Source: Craspedostauros australis
Lineage: Eukaryota
Assembly (NCBI GenBank): GCA_030167865.1
Contig: JALAGF010002306.1
Location: forward strand, 1-64,000
Direction: 5' to 3'
Length of the DNA: 64,000 nucleotides
Shown: in pieces, positions 53,221-64,000 of the stretch
Numbering within the stretch: position 1 is the stretch's first letter
Layout: every line of letters starts with the position of its first letter
Program-made: the position numbers and the translations under genes
Notes under the pieces: model-generated
The model's input: the letters and a program-made list of their open reading frames with translations, nothing else
What the model was told of the DNA's origin: nothing
Database searches by the model: none

Positions 53221-54462
53221 GGCCTGGGGATTGTGACCACTGGCTCGTTCTAGTTCTCGTGCTCGTGCTCGTGCTCGTCTATTGATGTGATTCTTCTCCT
53301 GCGCTGTCTTCACACCACCGCTCTGCGCGCAACATTGCATCACCTGCTCCCTCTCTGTCTGGATGGCATCGCCAACACGAACATCGTCATGATGAACAGA
53401 TGCTGATTGCGTGCTGTGTGGTGTGCAACCAAGCAAACGCAGCAGGCGGTATTCGTTGGCGCCTCAACGAAACAGTTTGTGACGAAATCGACCTTCCCCA
53501 ATTTCTCAAACCATGCTCGTGACTCATTCAATCACTAACTCATATCTTGATGTTGTTGATGTCAAGTCATATTAGTCGTTTAGGCGACGGGATGGCGCGC
53601 GCGCATCACACATGAAGACGACATTCAGCGATTCGGACACACCGCGATGCGTCGTGTTGGAGAGAAACCCAGCGATCACCAAGATCATGTGCATCAGACG
53701 TTCCAACGCATCAACGGTCACAAGAACAATCTGGCGCGAAACTCAAGAGCAGTTGTTGGCATCACATCACCGCCTTGAACATCGTGGCGTTTGGCATCAT
53801 TCGATCGCTTGTCTGCGGACAACTTGTCGGAGCGAGACGACTCGTGCGATGGCTTGGGGGCGCGATACGGACAACACCAACGAGAACATTAGCCGAGGGG
53901 TGATCGCGATCGTGATAGTGATCTTGGTTGTTGACGTTGGCGGTGATAGTGATTGTGATAGTGATTGGTAAGAAAAGGATCCTCGCCGAGCAGAGCGAGG
54001 ACTGACGACGGCTCTTCTGGCGCTGCAATCCTGCCAGGCGGTTTCGCTTGCGCGACGTCACCCAAGAACGAGAGGAACAGAGCCGAGTTGAGTAGTCAAG
54101 AACAATCGAACAGCAGCAAAGCACCAAACCAAGCCAGTGGGACATACGAGAAGCAGAATACGATTGATTGTGCTGATGCAAGAACCGTGTTTCTGTGCAG
54201 CTCGTTCTACTCTTCCAACTACTCTTCGATCTACTCTGCTCCATACGGTGTTGTCCCAACCGGCTCCAGCCAACACTTCCAACTCAACGTGTAACGAACA
54301 AGTCCTCAACCCCATCATCGTTTTGTCATCCCTTTCGTCAGTCATCTTGAACAACTCAAACACGCGGCGATCATCGACATTTCCTGAACACCGTCATCAA
54401 CAACATTGTCAGAATCACATTGAATACGTCCAACACCTCCCAACACTTTGGAACCAGACACC

Positions 54463-55695
54463 ATGCTGCCTTCCTTCCTGTCATCCGCGTTCAGCATCGC
54501 AGGACATGGCGGCGACTACACCACATCAAGATCCGCCCCCACGACGTACCCAGTCACTACGAAGGACACTGCCCGAGGCACGGTCAATGCTGATGGTGTC
54601 CGCAAGTTCGCCTTTTCCGGCATGCAAGGATGGCGTGCGACGATGGAGGATGCGCACATGGCCTGCACGAGGATTCCAGTGGAAGGCAAGACGCCTCTGG
54701 ACGGTCATTCGTTGTTCGGCGTGATGGATGGACACGGTGGCGACTTCACTTCCGGATACGCTGCCGAGAACTTCCTGGATGTGTTCTCCAAACGCATGGA
54801 GCTCAGCAAGTACCACGACCTCGACAACACCAAGCGGTTAGACGTGCCGGGCGTGGAACTGCTCAGAGCTGCCTTGACGGAGACCTTCGCGGCCGTGGAT
54901 GCCGACATTCGCGTGCAGCAGAATAAGCGCAACGACGCACTGCTGCGGCTCAAGGAGCAGTCGCCGCAAGCAACCGCGATGAACATCACCTTCGAACGGT
55001 CCGGATCGACCTGCGTCGTCGTGCTGATAACGCCGTCACATATCATCTGCGCCAACGCCGGGGATTCCAGAGCCATCCTGCGTCGTGCAGGTGCGACGGT
55101 GCCATTGAGCTTCGATCACAAGCCTGTCAACGTGACAGAGCTTTTGCGCATCGAGAAGGCCGGCGGATTCGTCAAGAGCAAGCGGGTGGATGGCGATCTG
55201 GCCGTGAGCAGAGGGTTGGGCGACTTCACGTACAAGAGCAACGAATCCATGACCGTCGAAGAGCAGAAGGTCATCCCGCAGCCCGAGATAATATGCTACC
55301 CGCGCAACCGCAAGACGGATGAGTTCGTGGTGCTGGCCTGCGATGGTGTGTGGGATGTCATGACCAACGAGGAATGCTCGGCCATGATCCAAGACCTGCT
55401 GGATGAAGGCGAGACCGACCTGGGCATGACATGCGAGGAGATGATGGACCTGTGCCTGCAACGCAACAGCCGTGACAATATGACGATATCGATAGTGGGA
55501 CTGGATGCCATGCAGATGTCGACCGGCCTGATGACACACAACGCAGTTCTGCTACGACGCACCGCAAGACAGGCCAGATACTTCGAGGCACAGGCAAGAA
55601 TGGTGGCAACGCGTGCGGCCATTGGTGTCGGATTGGTCTCATCGCAAGACGATGCCACGAAGAAAACTTCCACAGCCGTAACCGCCTCATTTTAA
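54463..55695 (+). CDS. Protein phosphatase 2C (PPM family)
   Basis: MQGWRATMEDAH, FGVMDGHGG, SGST, ANAGDSR, LSFDHKP, RVDGDLAVSRGLGD, LACDGVWDV, SRDNMT. Confidence 0.96.
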   Translation: MLPSFLSSAFSIAGHGGDYTTSRSAPTTYPVTTKDTARGTVNADGVRKFAFSGMQGWRATMEDAHMACTRIPVEGKTPLDGHSLFGVMDGHGGDFTSGYAAENFLDVFSKRMELSKYHDLDNTKRLDVPGVELLRAALTETFAAVDADIRVQQNKRNDALLRLKEQSPQATAMNITFERSGSTCVVVLITPSHIICANAGDSRAILRRAGATVPLSFDHKPVNVTELLRIEKAGGFVKSKRVDGDLAVSRGLGDFTYKSNESMTVEEQKVIPQPEIICYPRNRKTDEFVVLACDGVWDVMTNEECSAMIQDLLDEGETDLGMTCEEMMDLCLQRNSRDNMTISIVGLDAMQMSTGLMTHNAVLLRRTARQARYFEAQARMVATRAAIGVGLVSSQDDATKKTSTAVTASF

Positions 55696-56328
55696 GCTTC
55701 AGGAGAGAGGATGACAAACGATCAATACTTTTATGAGTGGATCGTACGAGCGAAGAGATAGGAATTCACCGCTCACACTCACCCAGGCTCGAGTGCAATG
55801 ATGAGCCCGGTATCCTGCGACTGATCCCACAAAACAGCAAGAAGACCGGAAATAATTTGTAAATTATGATAATAGCAACGAAGGCGACAATGCACAAGTG
55901 TACGTAAGAGTGCAAGAGTGGTGGCGCTTGGACCTCATGTGAGGCTTCAAACACGCAGGTGCATGGCAACGCTTGCACCTTCGATTCGATGAGGCGCCTC
56001 CCACAGCGGAGGTATCAAATTGTGAACGTTAAATTGTGGTTAATGTCGCGTTAAGAATGGTTTTGCTCTGTCGCGCCAACGCAACAAGCGAAGATCCAGA
56101 CACATCAACAACAACAACGCAGATCGTGTGACGTGTGGCAGTTCCTCCACGATCCCCGTTCCCCTCTCTCTCTCATACGACTACTATACACACCCTGAGT
56201 CTCCGCGCACAAGTCCAGGCAAGGCCCCACACTCCATCGATCCATTCCATTCATCTCCAACTTACTTTCCTTTACTTTACTCTTTCGAGAGTAGTCCGTT
56301 GTACGAGTAACTTTCCAGAGCCACCAAC

Positions 56329-57249
56329 ATGTTCCAACGCATCTCCATCGGCAGCTTGGTCTGGACAGCCGCGTTGACTGCAGCATCAACGAGCTTTTGC
56401 GATGGCTTCACCATCAGCTGGACGCACACGCAAAGCAGATCGCTTCACTCGCCACAGCCCCATGCACTGCGCGCCAAGTCCATCTGCACGTTCGATGAGA
56501 CCGACTTCGCAGGCAACGTCGGCGATTGGCCGTACTCGGCGGCCGATCTGAATCGCCTGGACAACTCCGTAGATACCAACTTCTACGACGCGCCGCGGTT
56601 CGTCACGCACATCGACGATGGCGCCATCGAAACGTTGACAAAGTATTACGCGTCCGAATTCACCGCGAAGGACGACGGCCTCGATGTGCTGGACCTGTGC
56701 TCCAGCTGGATCAGCCATCTTCCGAAGGATATCGCGTACGGGCGCGTCGCCGGCGTCGGCATGAACAAGGAGGAGCTGGATGCCAACGAGCAGCTCACGG
56801 AGAACCACGTGCAGGATCTGAATCAGGATCCCGTCATGTCGCAGTTCGAAGACGAGTCCTTCGATGTCATTTGCAACGTGGTGTCGGTGGATTATCTGAC
56901 GAAACCGCTGGAGGTGTTCCAAGAGATGCACCGCATCCTGCGTCCCGGCGGCATGGCCTTGATGAGCTTCAGCAACCGGTGCTTCCCCACCAAGGCCATC
57001 GCCATGTGGCTTCAGGCCGATGACATTGGCCGTCTGACCATCGTGGCATCGTACTTCAACTACAGCGCGAAATGGCTGAGCATCGAGGCTCTCGATCTGA
57101 AGGACGAGGTGTTGGAAACGCCCAAGCGACCATCGCCAGGCGAGCTGCTCAGAAATCCCTCGCTGGGACTGGCATGGATGAACAGCGCCGCTGCGATCGC
57201 CAAGGCTAACCAAGGTGATCCCATGTTCGTCGTGAAGGCGATCAAGTAA
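56329..57249 (+). CDS. Class I SAM-dependent methyltransferase (Methyltransf_11), putative plastid-targeted
   Basis: FYDAPRFVTHIDD, VLDLCSSWISHLP, GMNKEEL..N, QDLN, NVVSVDYL, FSNRCFPTKAI. Presequence ...FCDG-FTIS. Confidence 0.9.
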   Translation: MFQRISIGSLVWTAALTAASTSFCDGFTISWTHTQSRSLHSPQPHALRAKSICTFDETDFAGNVGDWPYSAADLNRLDNSVDTNFYDAPRFVTHIDDGAIETLTKYYASEFTAKDDGLDVLDLCSSWISHLPKDIAYGRVAGVGMNKEELDANEQLTENHVQDLNQDPVMSQFEDESFDVICNVVSVDYLTKPLEVFQEMHRILRPGGMALMSFSNRCFPTKAIAMWLQADDIGRLTIVASYFNYSAKWLSIEALDLKDEVLETPKRPSPGELLRNPSLGLAWMNSAAAIAKANQGDPMFVVKAIK

Positions 57250-58049
57250 TGATTTTGGTTGGTCGATTTAGTCTGTGACGTTGTGTGCCTCTGTGTTGCG
57301 CAGATATAGGGACGATCTGCTGGGCACATGGAATGAGAGAGATGCCAGGTGAAGGTCGGCGACCAACACAAGTCTCTCGACACTGGCGAAGTCCCAATCG
57401 AACGCTTCGATCCTGCACACACACTCGTGCATAAGGTCCGACCTTGACCATTGATCTGCTATCACTTGACGACTCTGTAACCCATCGATTTGCAATATTG
57501 CAATAATATTGACGTGTGCTCAGCGTGGGGTATGAAATAGGTATAGAGTATGGTATTATAATACTTCACTGCACCACTCAACGATTCTTCACGAAGCGAG
57601 TGTCTCTACGCTATGCTCGGCGTTAGATTCCTTGCCCCAACAAGGATTGACTGGCAGACGCCAGATCGACCGGTTTGTGGACAAACCTGGCCGTCATCCG
57701 CCATGATTTGCAAGATCTTCCGTTTGCATTTGTGGTTTTGGCTGTTTTGTTCCGAACAACCACAGAATTCATCACAACAGAACAACCGCCAACGCCAATC
57801 AATTGCCGCCACCATTGCTTTGCGCGGGTAGCTCGCAGGTCGTGGGTCGTACCGAGTTCCTTGGTCACAGAGTGATCCATGGCAACAGCGACCACATTCG
57901 AAGCACAGATACCGCATCGGGAATCTGCAGAGATCCCCACAAGCATCGCGAGCAGTCGGGACGAAGACCATCAGGGTAAAGACAAGAGCGCAACGTATAG
58001 CAACGTGAAGCAACGTGAAGCAACACAACGTAGCCAGACAAAAGCAACG

Positions 58050-58619
58050 ATGGGAAACATCTTCTGCCCGCCCCACCACGAGGAGAATGCCAGATCCGGT
58101 GCCTTCCAAACCGCGTCGGACGCCGACAAGCTGACGGCCCACAAGGACAACGGCCAGCTCGCACGCGCCGATGGCACGGCCAAGGACCCCAACCCCCTGC
58201 TCGTCAGCAACGCCGACGCCGAACGCATGAAGAAGCTGCAGGCCGAGCAGACGCGGTTGGAGACGATCGTGGGCACGGCCAATCGGCACATGGTGTCGAT
58301 CCGTTCGACGCGCGGCGGCAACGCCTACCACGATCAAGGCTTCGCCGCGGCGTTGGCGCAGCACTTGGAGCAGACGACGCAGTTTCCGGATGAGATCGAT
58401 GTGCGGCTGCCGCCGCCGACGGCGGATGCCAAAGCGTGTTTGATGCGGCCGCAGTGGGAAGGGATCCTGCTGGGCGAGGAAGGCGAGGGTTTGGCGGGGT
58501 GCGGAGACGAGACGCCGGTGCAGAGGATGGATCGAATCGCGGAAGCTCTGTTTGAGACGTCACTGCCCGCGAACATGCAGCTATTCAATGGGGCTGGTGC
58601 GATGCTGGAAACGTTGTGA
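58050..58619 (+). CDS. N-acylated small protein, LAMTOR1/Meh1(Ego1)-like
   Basis: ATG at 58050 gives MGNIFC (Gly2, Cys6); dileucine-like KDPNPLL; EQTRLETIVGTANRHMVSI; 189 aa. Confidence 0.6.
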   Translation: MGNIFCPPHHEENARSGAFQTASDADKLTAHKDNGQLARADGTAKDPNPLLVSNADAERMKKLQAEQTRLETIVGTANRHMVSIRSTRGGNAYHDQGFAAALAQHLEQTTQFPDEIDVRLPPPTADAKACLMRPQWEGILLGEEGEGLAGCGDETPVQRMDRIAEALFETSLPANMQLFNGAGAMLETL

Positions 58620-58850
58620 GAGCTGTATGCATACATATTGATGTACTGGTATGATATAAAGTATAGTAATACTTGTATGTACAAGTAAGAAAGAATGGCG
58701 GAGTAATAACATGCCAAAAGAATACTCTACTCTACTGCATGCCAAATGCAAGCGAGAGGATCTGCCATACCTCTGTGCTAAGATGGCTGTCAAGTCCTAT
58801 TCTACTGCACCGTATTGGTAGTCTCCATCGGCCATGCATGACCACGCCGA

Positions 58851-59855
58851 TCACACGGGGACCTCCAGGTTTTCTCTCTCATCAATCTCCACACGCCCTT
58901 GCAAACCAAAGTACACCCAATCATCATCACCGGCCCGCAGATGATTGACCTCAATCAATGACGGCCGATCCATGCTCATGCCTTGATAGAACTTGTAACG
59001 TTGCAACGGACGTTCCTGATGGAACAGCGCCATGGCCAACGCAGCCGCCGCAATCCCCGTTGCTGGGTCTTCGGGATATCCCGACGCGCTGGGGAATTGG
59101 CGACATTCCCACACGCTGCCAGGTTCATTGCCACCACCGTCATGTTGCGCATAACAGTAGATGCCCGTCGAACCATCGATCGACTCGCAGGCCTGCGACC
59201 ACGGCATCCTGCGCGATGGCGCGAGGCTGGGCGGCTGCACGATATCGCGCAAGGCTTGCAACGAGTTGACGTGCACCAACGTCTTGGGCCGCGCCACGGA
59301 CGCGTTGACGAAGGTCGGCGGCTGTCGGTAGGTCTGCACGAGATGCTGCGATGGCAGGGACAATCGCTCGCGCAGTAGCCGCTGCAACGAAGGTCGATGC
59401 GAGACGGGGCTTTGTTCGAATTTGGAACGCATGAAGAGGCAGGCCACGTCGTCGTCGTTGCCGCTCTCTTCTTCGGACAGCGACACGAGCTGCACGTCGT
59501 TGCTGTTCATTGCCGTTGTGAAGGAGTACTCCTGCATGTTGGAGACGGCGTAGGCGCCGCCGATGGCCGCGTGCGCGCAGAAGCTGACTTCGTTGCCGGA
59601 CGGCATGTAGAATGCCATCTGCGGCAGTTTGGCGGCTTTCGCTGCCTTGTCGTCGCTCGTTGTTTGGCCATTGCTGTTGACGGTGCTGGCCACCATGACG
59701 CTCTCCCACTCGCATTGCGTCGCCAGCTCCTTCTGCAGCGCCGACGCCAACGGAGTTTGTGAGGCGAACACAGTCACTGGATTTCCACCCTTGCCTTTGC
59801 CATGGCAGAACACCCGCGCCGTGATCTTCTCCACCAACTTCTTCGCTGTTGACAT
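58851..59855 (-). CDS. PhzF/PhzC-like isomerase (diaminopimelate epimerase fold)
   Basis: GNPVTVF, WES, EVSFCAHAAIG, RQF...GYPEDPATGIA, FYQGMSMDRPSLI. ATG at 59855. Confidence 0.92.
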   Translation of the reverse strand: MSTAKKLVEKITARVFCHGKGKGGNPVTVFASQTPLASALQKELATQCEWESVMVASTVNSNGQTTSDDKAAKAAKLPQMAFYMPSGNEVSFCAHAAIGGAYAVSNMQEYSFTTAMNSNDVQLVSLSEEESGNDDDVACLFMRSKFEQSPVSHRPSLQRLLRERLSLPSQHLVQTYRQPPTFVNASVARPKTLVHVNSLQALRDIVQPPSLAPSRRMPWSQACESIDGSTGIYCYAQHDGGGNEPGSVWECRQFPSASGYPEDPATGIAAAALAMALFHQERPLQRYKFYQGMSMDRPSLIEVNHLRAGDDDWVYFGLQGRVEIDERENLEVPV

Positions 59856-60371
59856 CCTCTGCTCGTCTACCGTACTCTTTGCACTTGTATTCACGTGAGT
59901 ATACGAGTGTGCCTACTCGTACCAACGATGGAAGAGTGGTATGTTGATGTGTTGATGTGTTGATGCGTGGATCCGTTTGAGCGTTGATGGCTGATTTTGT
60001 GTGGACAGCCGCAACACTTTTGCGGTGGCAGAATACTCGCAGCAACATTGAGTTTGGAGCGACAGTCGATTAGCTCGACTAAATTCATTGTTTTCATTAT
60101 TCATAATTGGCGTGTATACTATTTTCTCATTCAACCGAAATGGGAAAGGCGCACACGTGTCTTCGTGTTTGCGGGAGCGTCCACGCACACATCGTCATTT
60201 GGAGAACGGCACAACCGCCATCGTCAGTTCGCAGCCAAACTCACGGTTTGTTCGCGACCAATGCACGCAACGCACTTCCCACAGAGACACAACCAACTAT
60301 CCGCACATCCAGAGACACAAACAGACCAACGCAGCACTACTCCGCACAACCTCTTTCGTCCCAACATCACC

Positions 60372-61963
60372 ATGTTCTCCTCCAACGCATTCCGTATGGC
60401 CGGCCGCCGTGTCGTTGCCTCCGCGACCCGACACAACTTCTCCGCCGCCGCCACGCGCGTCGCGCAGAATGGATCTTCCCGCAATGCCCTCTTCGCTGCC
60501 GCTGCTGCCACCATGGCCGTCGCCGCCTTCCAGCATGGCCGCGAGGTGAGTTCATTGACTCTATATATGTGGTTGCGTGGGACAGGGCGTCATCGTTTTC
60601 ATTGATTGGAATGACTGATCCTGGTGGCTGTCGCATCCATGTTTGGAGACGACGGCGAACCGCCTGCGAAGTGTTATCATCTCTCTGCTTGGTGGTGGAT
60701 GAAGTGCCGATAAATCCATCTCCCCCGCTTGTTGTTTTCTCTCTCTCTCTCTCTCTGAATGCCATTCATTCCCATGTTCTGCTTTCTCACTCCGCCCATA
60801 CTTCGTTCATTCTATTATATTGCCATTCCATACTCCACAACAATCACGAAACGATCATGATCACGAGCAGACCAAGACACAGAACATCTCCAAGAGCAGC
60901 AGCGTGGAGGAGGCCGTCAAGGCAACCGAGGAAAAGTTCGCCAACTACTGGCCACGCAACATCATGGTAAGCACATCATGTCGGGTTGGAGTGCCATTGT
61001 CACAACGATTACTGCATGTGAACTGCAATGCATGTATTCTGCCATGCTCTCCAGATTTTGTGAGTGGAAGACAATTCTTCTTTCACGCTTCTCATCATCA
61101 TCATCGTGCTGCCATACTCTTCCTCCATTGCTCTCATTTGCCTCATTCCTGGCACCATGCGCAACCCATATGAACTGCAACAACATCGGTATCAACTTCG
61201 TCGTGATTCATAAACATTTCGGCTTCGACTGACTTCATTGCGATAACTGTCACTCGTCGGTTGCCCTGTGCCGCGCAAAACAAAACAGATCCTCTTCGGA
61301 CCACCAGGAGCCGGAAAGGGTACCCACGGACCAAAGATCGAGGGCCTCCTCGGAATCCCGCAGCTCTCCACCGGAGACATGCTCCGCGCCGCCGTCTCCG
61401 CCGGAACTGAGGTCGGAAAGAAGGCAGCCGCCGTCATGAAGGCCGGTGGCCTCGTCAGCGACGAAATCGTCGTCGGAATCATCCGCGACCGAATCCACGA
61501 GCCAGACTGCAAGTTCGGATTCATCCTCGACGGTTTCCCACGCACCCTCGCACAGGCAAAGGCCCTCGATGCCATGCTCGCCAAGGAAGGCAGCCGCGTC
61601 ACCAAGGTCATCGAGCTGCAGGTGCCAGACTCCGTCCTCGAGGAGCGCATCACAGGCCGATGGATTCACAAGAAATCCGGACGCTCCTACCACGTCAAGT
61701 ACGCGCCACCCAAGTCCATGCGGCTCAAGAACGGCAAGCCAGTGCCAGAGTCCATGAAGGATGACGAGACCGGCGAGGCCCTCATGCAGCGCAAGGATGA
61801 CACCGCCTCGGCCCTCGTCAAGCGTCTGCAAGGATACCACGGAGAGACTGTCCCGATCCTCGACCACTACAACCCAGACGGAATCGTCCGACAGGTCAAT
61901 GCCAACCAGAAGATGGACGGCGTATGGGGTGAGATCTTGAGCTCGCTCAAGAAATCTGCATAA
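60372..61963 (+). CDS. ADK: Adenylate kinase with mitochondrial-type presequence (three exons)
   Basis: Exon 1 60372..60545 (donor GTGAGT), exon 2 60871 (or 60883)..60966 (donor GTAAGC), exon 3 61289..61963; all junctions phase 0. Motifs [46 protein letters not shown]. Confidence 0.95.
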
Positions 61964-62396
61964 ACATCTGCGATGGAGTATATTAGTAGTACTCGTACGT
62001 ATGGTTATAGTATTGGAACTAGCTGTATGGCAAATTATGCCAGAAGAGTTGTCATGAGTGTTGTAAACAACTGAACCATCATGGCCACCTGTGCAATACA
62101 GTGGTCAGTCCAAAGACCACGCAGACCTTCATGTAACTACGACTTCAAATTTTGACGATGTCTACTTACATGAGCCACTCTCCTTGGAATGTTATTGCAT
62201 AGAGAATCTACTGCGGAACAGCACTCTTCATCCGATCAACACAGACATTCCTCACTTCCTCCTTTCCCTCACGACCATCGTAAATATCATCATCATCATC
62301 ATGACCAAATCAACTGCTGCCGTTCGATTCGCTTCGTCTTGGAGTACTCCACGATACTTCGCATTCCCTCACTTGACTTGACTTCACTTCATCTCA

Positions 62397-63998
62397 TTAT
62401 CCACGCGCCTTCCGAAAGAACTGACGCACCGAACCCAACCACCGACGAATGCGTGGCAACGGACTCGAGATCTTGATCGCCCCCGTCTCCAAGCCTTGCT
62501 GTATCAAACCAGCGATGAAACCGAGCACCGCGCCTGCCAGGATCAGCGTCAGCTCGTCCTCCTCAAAGATCGGATGCAGCACGCGCTCGAACTTGTCGGG
62601 CGTCATGGCCTCCATCTTGACGCGCAGCGTCTCCTGCAGTCCCAGCGTCTTGTCCACGTACTTGTGCAGCACATGGACGTGGTTGGGCAGCTGCTCGATG
62701 GTCTTGCCCGACATCATGCCGACCAGGCCGGCCTCCAACGGGCGTGCTGTCACCAATCCCGTGATGCCGTTGCACAATGAAGTGAAGTGCTTCGAAAACA
62801 TGGAATGGAAGGCGGGCGTCGTGCTGGGATCGGTCAGGATAGAGTTCCACAAGCTCGCACTGTTCAGTATCCGCTGGGCAAAGAATTGGGAGAACTCGGC
62901 TGCGACCTCCTTCTGCCGTCGCAGGAATTGTCCCTGCAACACGAAGGGGCCGATCTTGGTGGGGTTGACGGGTTCGAAGATCCATTTGAGAGCCAGCCAG
63001 TTGGTGGCCAATCCCACGATGCCACCGCCGATGCTGAGGGACCATGGATTCTCCCACACCAGCGCCACTGCCATCTGGATGAGGCCCAGCAGGAACCCGA
63101 ACCACAGGCCGCTGTTGGTGAGAAAGTCCAATTCCTTCTCTCCGCATCGGCGGAACAGCTCGCCCAGCTTGGCGCGATCCAGCAGCATCTGGTTGACCAC
63201 GCACGATTCCAAGTTGAAGACCTGGTCGATGTTGCGTTGCATGTCGATAACCAAGTTGGTCAGCACGCGGTGGTTCATCAATCTGAATGCGCCGCCCGTA
63301 GCGGTCGACATGCCGTTCCACAGAGCGCCGGGTACGGTCGTGAGAACGAAGTTGGGAAGGTTCGTGACGCCCCGCAGGATCTCGCCGCCCATCTTGGGGA
63401 CCTCGGGCTCCAACAAGGCCGCGCAAACGGCTGGATCCAATCGCGCGAAGGCCTGCTGGACGGTGAGCAACTGGGACGTGACCATGTCGACCATGGCGAT
63501 GCTCATGGTCCTTGTCTTGCACGGCACGATGCCTTGCCAACCCAACAGACCGAGCGGCACCTCCGGTCGTCGCCAGATGGGGATACCCCAGAATCCGACG
63601 GGGTAGAAGATCATTTGGACTGCGAGGTAGTTGGTGAACCAACCGACCAGGGCGGCGATGCAAGGGATCAGGAGGTAAGTCCCTGGACGGGCGATGAACT
63701 TGCGCTTGGCCTTTTGGAATATGTTGGGCTTCCGGGCTGACTCATCTCTTCCATCGTCGTCGCTTTGAACAGATACGTCGGCTTTGGTGGTCAATTGTGA
63801 GCTGCTGGCGGATGACCTTGATGGACGCCGCCGACGCGGATCTCGATTTGGATACGAGAATGCCGATGTCGCAATGTTCGAAGACGAGGAAAGCCGGCGG
63901 CTGTATTGGAGTCCGTGATCGGAAGGCACGTTTGCACTAGCACGAGGGAGACCGTGGAATGCCGATGGGAGGCTTCCACCTGTAGTTCGTCCTGAAGT
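62397..63998 (-). CDS. DUF445-family membrane protein (5' end lies beyond the window)
   Basis: Two copies of the motif (GWFTNYLAVQMIFYP...GWQGIVP; GLATNWLALKWIFEP...LQGQFLRRQ) and FEEDELTLILAGAVLG. The frame stays open from 63929 to the window edge, with no stop or ATG. Confidence 0.88.
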   Translation of the reverse strand, partial: TSGRTTGGSLPSAFHGLPRASANVPSDHGLQYSRRLSSSSNIATSAFSYPNRDPRRRRPSRSSASSSQLTTKADVSVQSDDDGRDESARKPNIFQKAKRKFIARPGTYLLIPCIAALVGWFTNYLAVQMIFYPVGFWGIPIWRRPEVPLGLLGWQGIVPCKTRTMSIAMVDMVTSQLLTVQQAFARLDPAVCAALLEPEVPKMGGEILRGVTNLPNFVLTTVPGALWNGMSTATGGAFRLMNHRVLTNLVIDMQRNIDQVFNLESCVVNQMLLDRAKLGELFRRCGEKELDFLTNSGLWFGFLLGLIQMAVALVWENPWSLSIGGGIVGLATNWLALKWIFEPVNPTKIGPFVLQGQFLRRQKEVAAEFSQFFAQRILNSASLWNSILTDPSTTPAFHSMFSKHFTSLCNGITGLVTARPLEAGLVGMMSGKTIEQLPNHVHVLHKYVDKTLGLQETLRVKMEAMTPDKFERVLHPIFEEDELTLILAGAVLGFIAGLIQQGLETGAIKISSPLPRIRRWLGSVRQFFRKARG

Positions 63999-64000
63999 GA

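Noticed and set aside
4684..58619. Apparent endolysosomal gene cluster (PX-SYLF, TLDc, GILT, LAMTOR1-like)
   Set aside because: The genes are 10-20 kb apart among unrelated genes; co-occurrence is plausible by chance without synteny or co-expression data.
20061..59855. Possible biosynthetic gene cluster (SDRs, monooxygenases, methyltransferase, PhzF, GT8)
   Set aside because: No scaffold-forming enzyme (PKS, NRPS, terpene synthase), predicted compartments differ, and housekeeping genes are interspersed.

Overview
Gene-dense eukaryotic nuclear DNA, most likely from a diatom. This is inferred from short GT-AG introns, bipartite signal+transit presequences with Phe at +1 (ASAFAP-like), a PSxxPSxx-repeat secreted protein and a remnant resembling diatom Ty1/copia gag. 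I can support about 27 protein-coding loci. Recognisable ones are a Lys-rich protein with a VOC/glyoxalase domain, a PX+SYLF protein, a KDM5-like JmjN/JmjC/C5HC2 demethylase, a myristoylated TLDc protein, two tandem SDRs, a bestrophin (VCCN/YneE type), SNIP1/Pml1 (FHA), a patatin-like protein, two tandem plastid-targeted flavin monooxygenases, GILT, RNA Pol III subunit C31, a GT8 glycosyltransferase, PP2C, a SAM methyltransferase, a LAMTOR1/Meh1-like protein, a PhzF-like isomerase, a 3-exon adenylate kinase and a DUF445 protein cut by the window edge. I saw no rRNA, tRNA, CRISPR array or intact transposon, and no clear multi-gene novel system. The best leads are single loci: the LAMTOR1-like anchor, a candidate beta-barrel protein, the RXL/PS-repeat protein, a ligand-degenerate VOC fusion and the frameshifted copia gag relic. 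All family calls come from motif recognition by eye; no database search was run.
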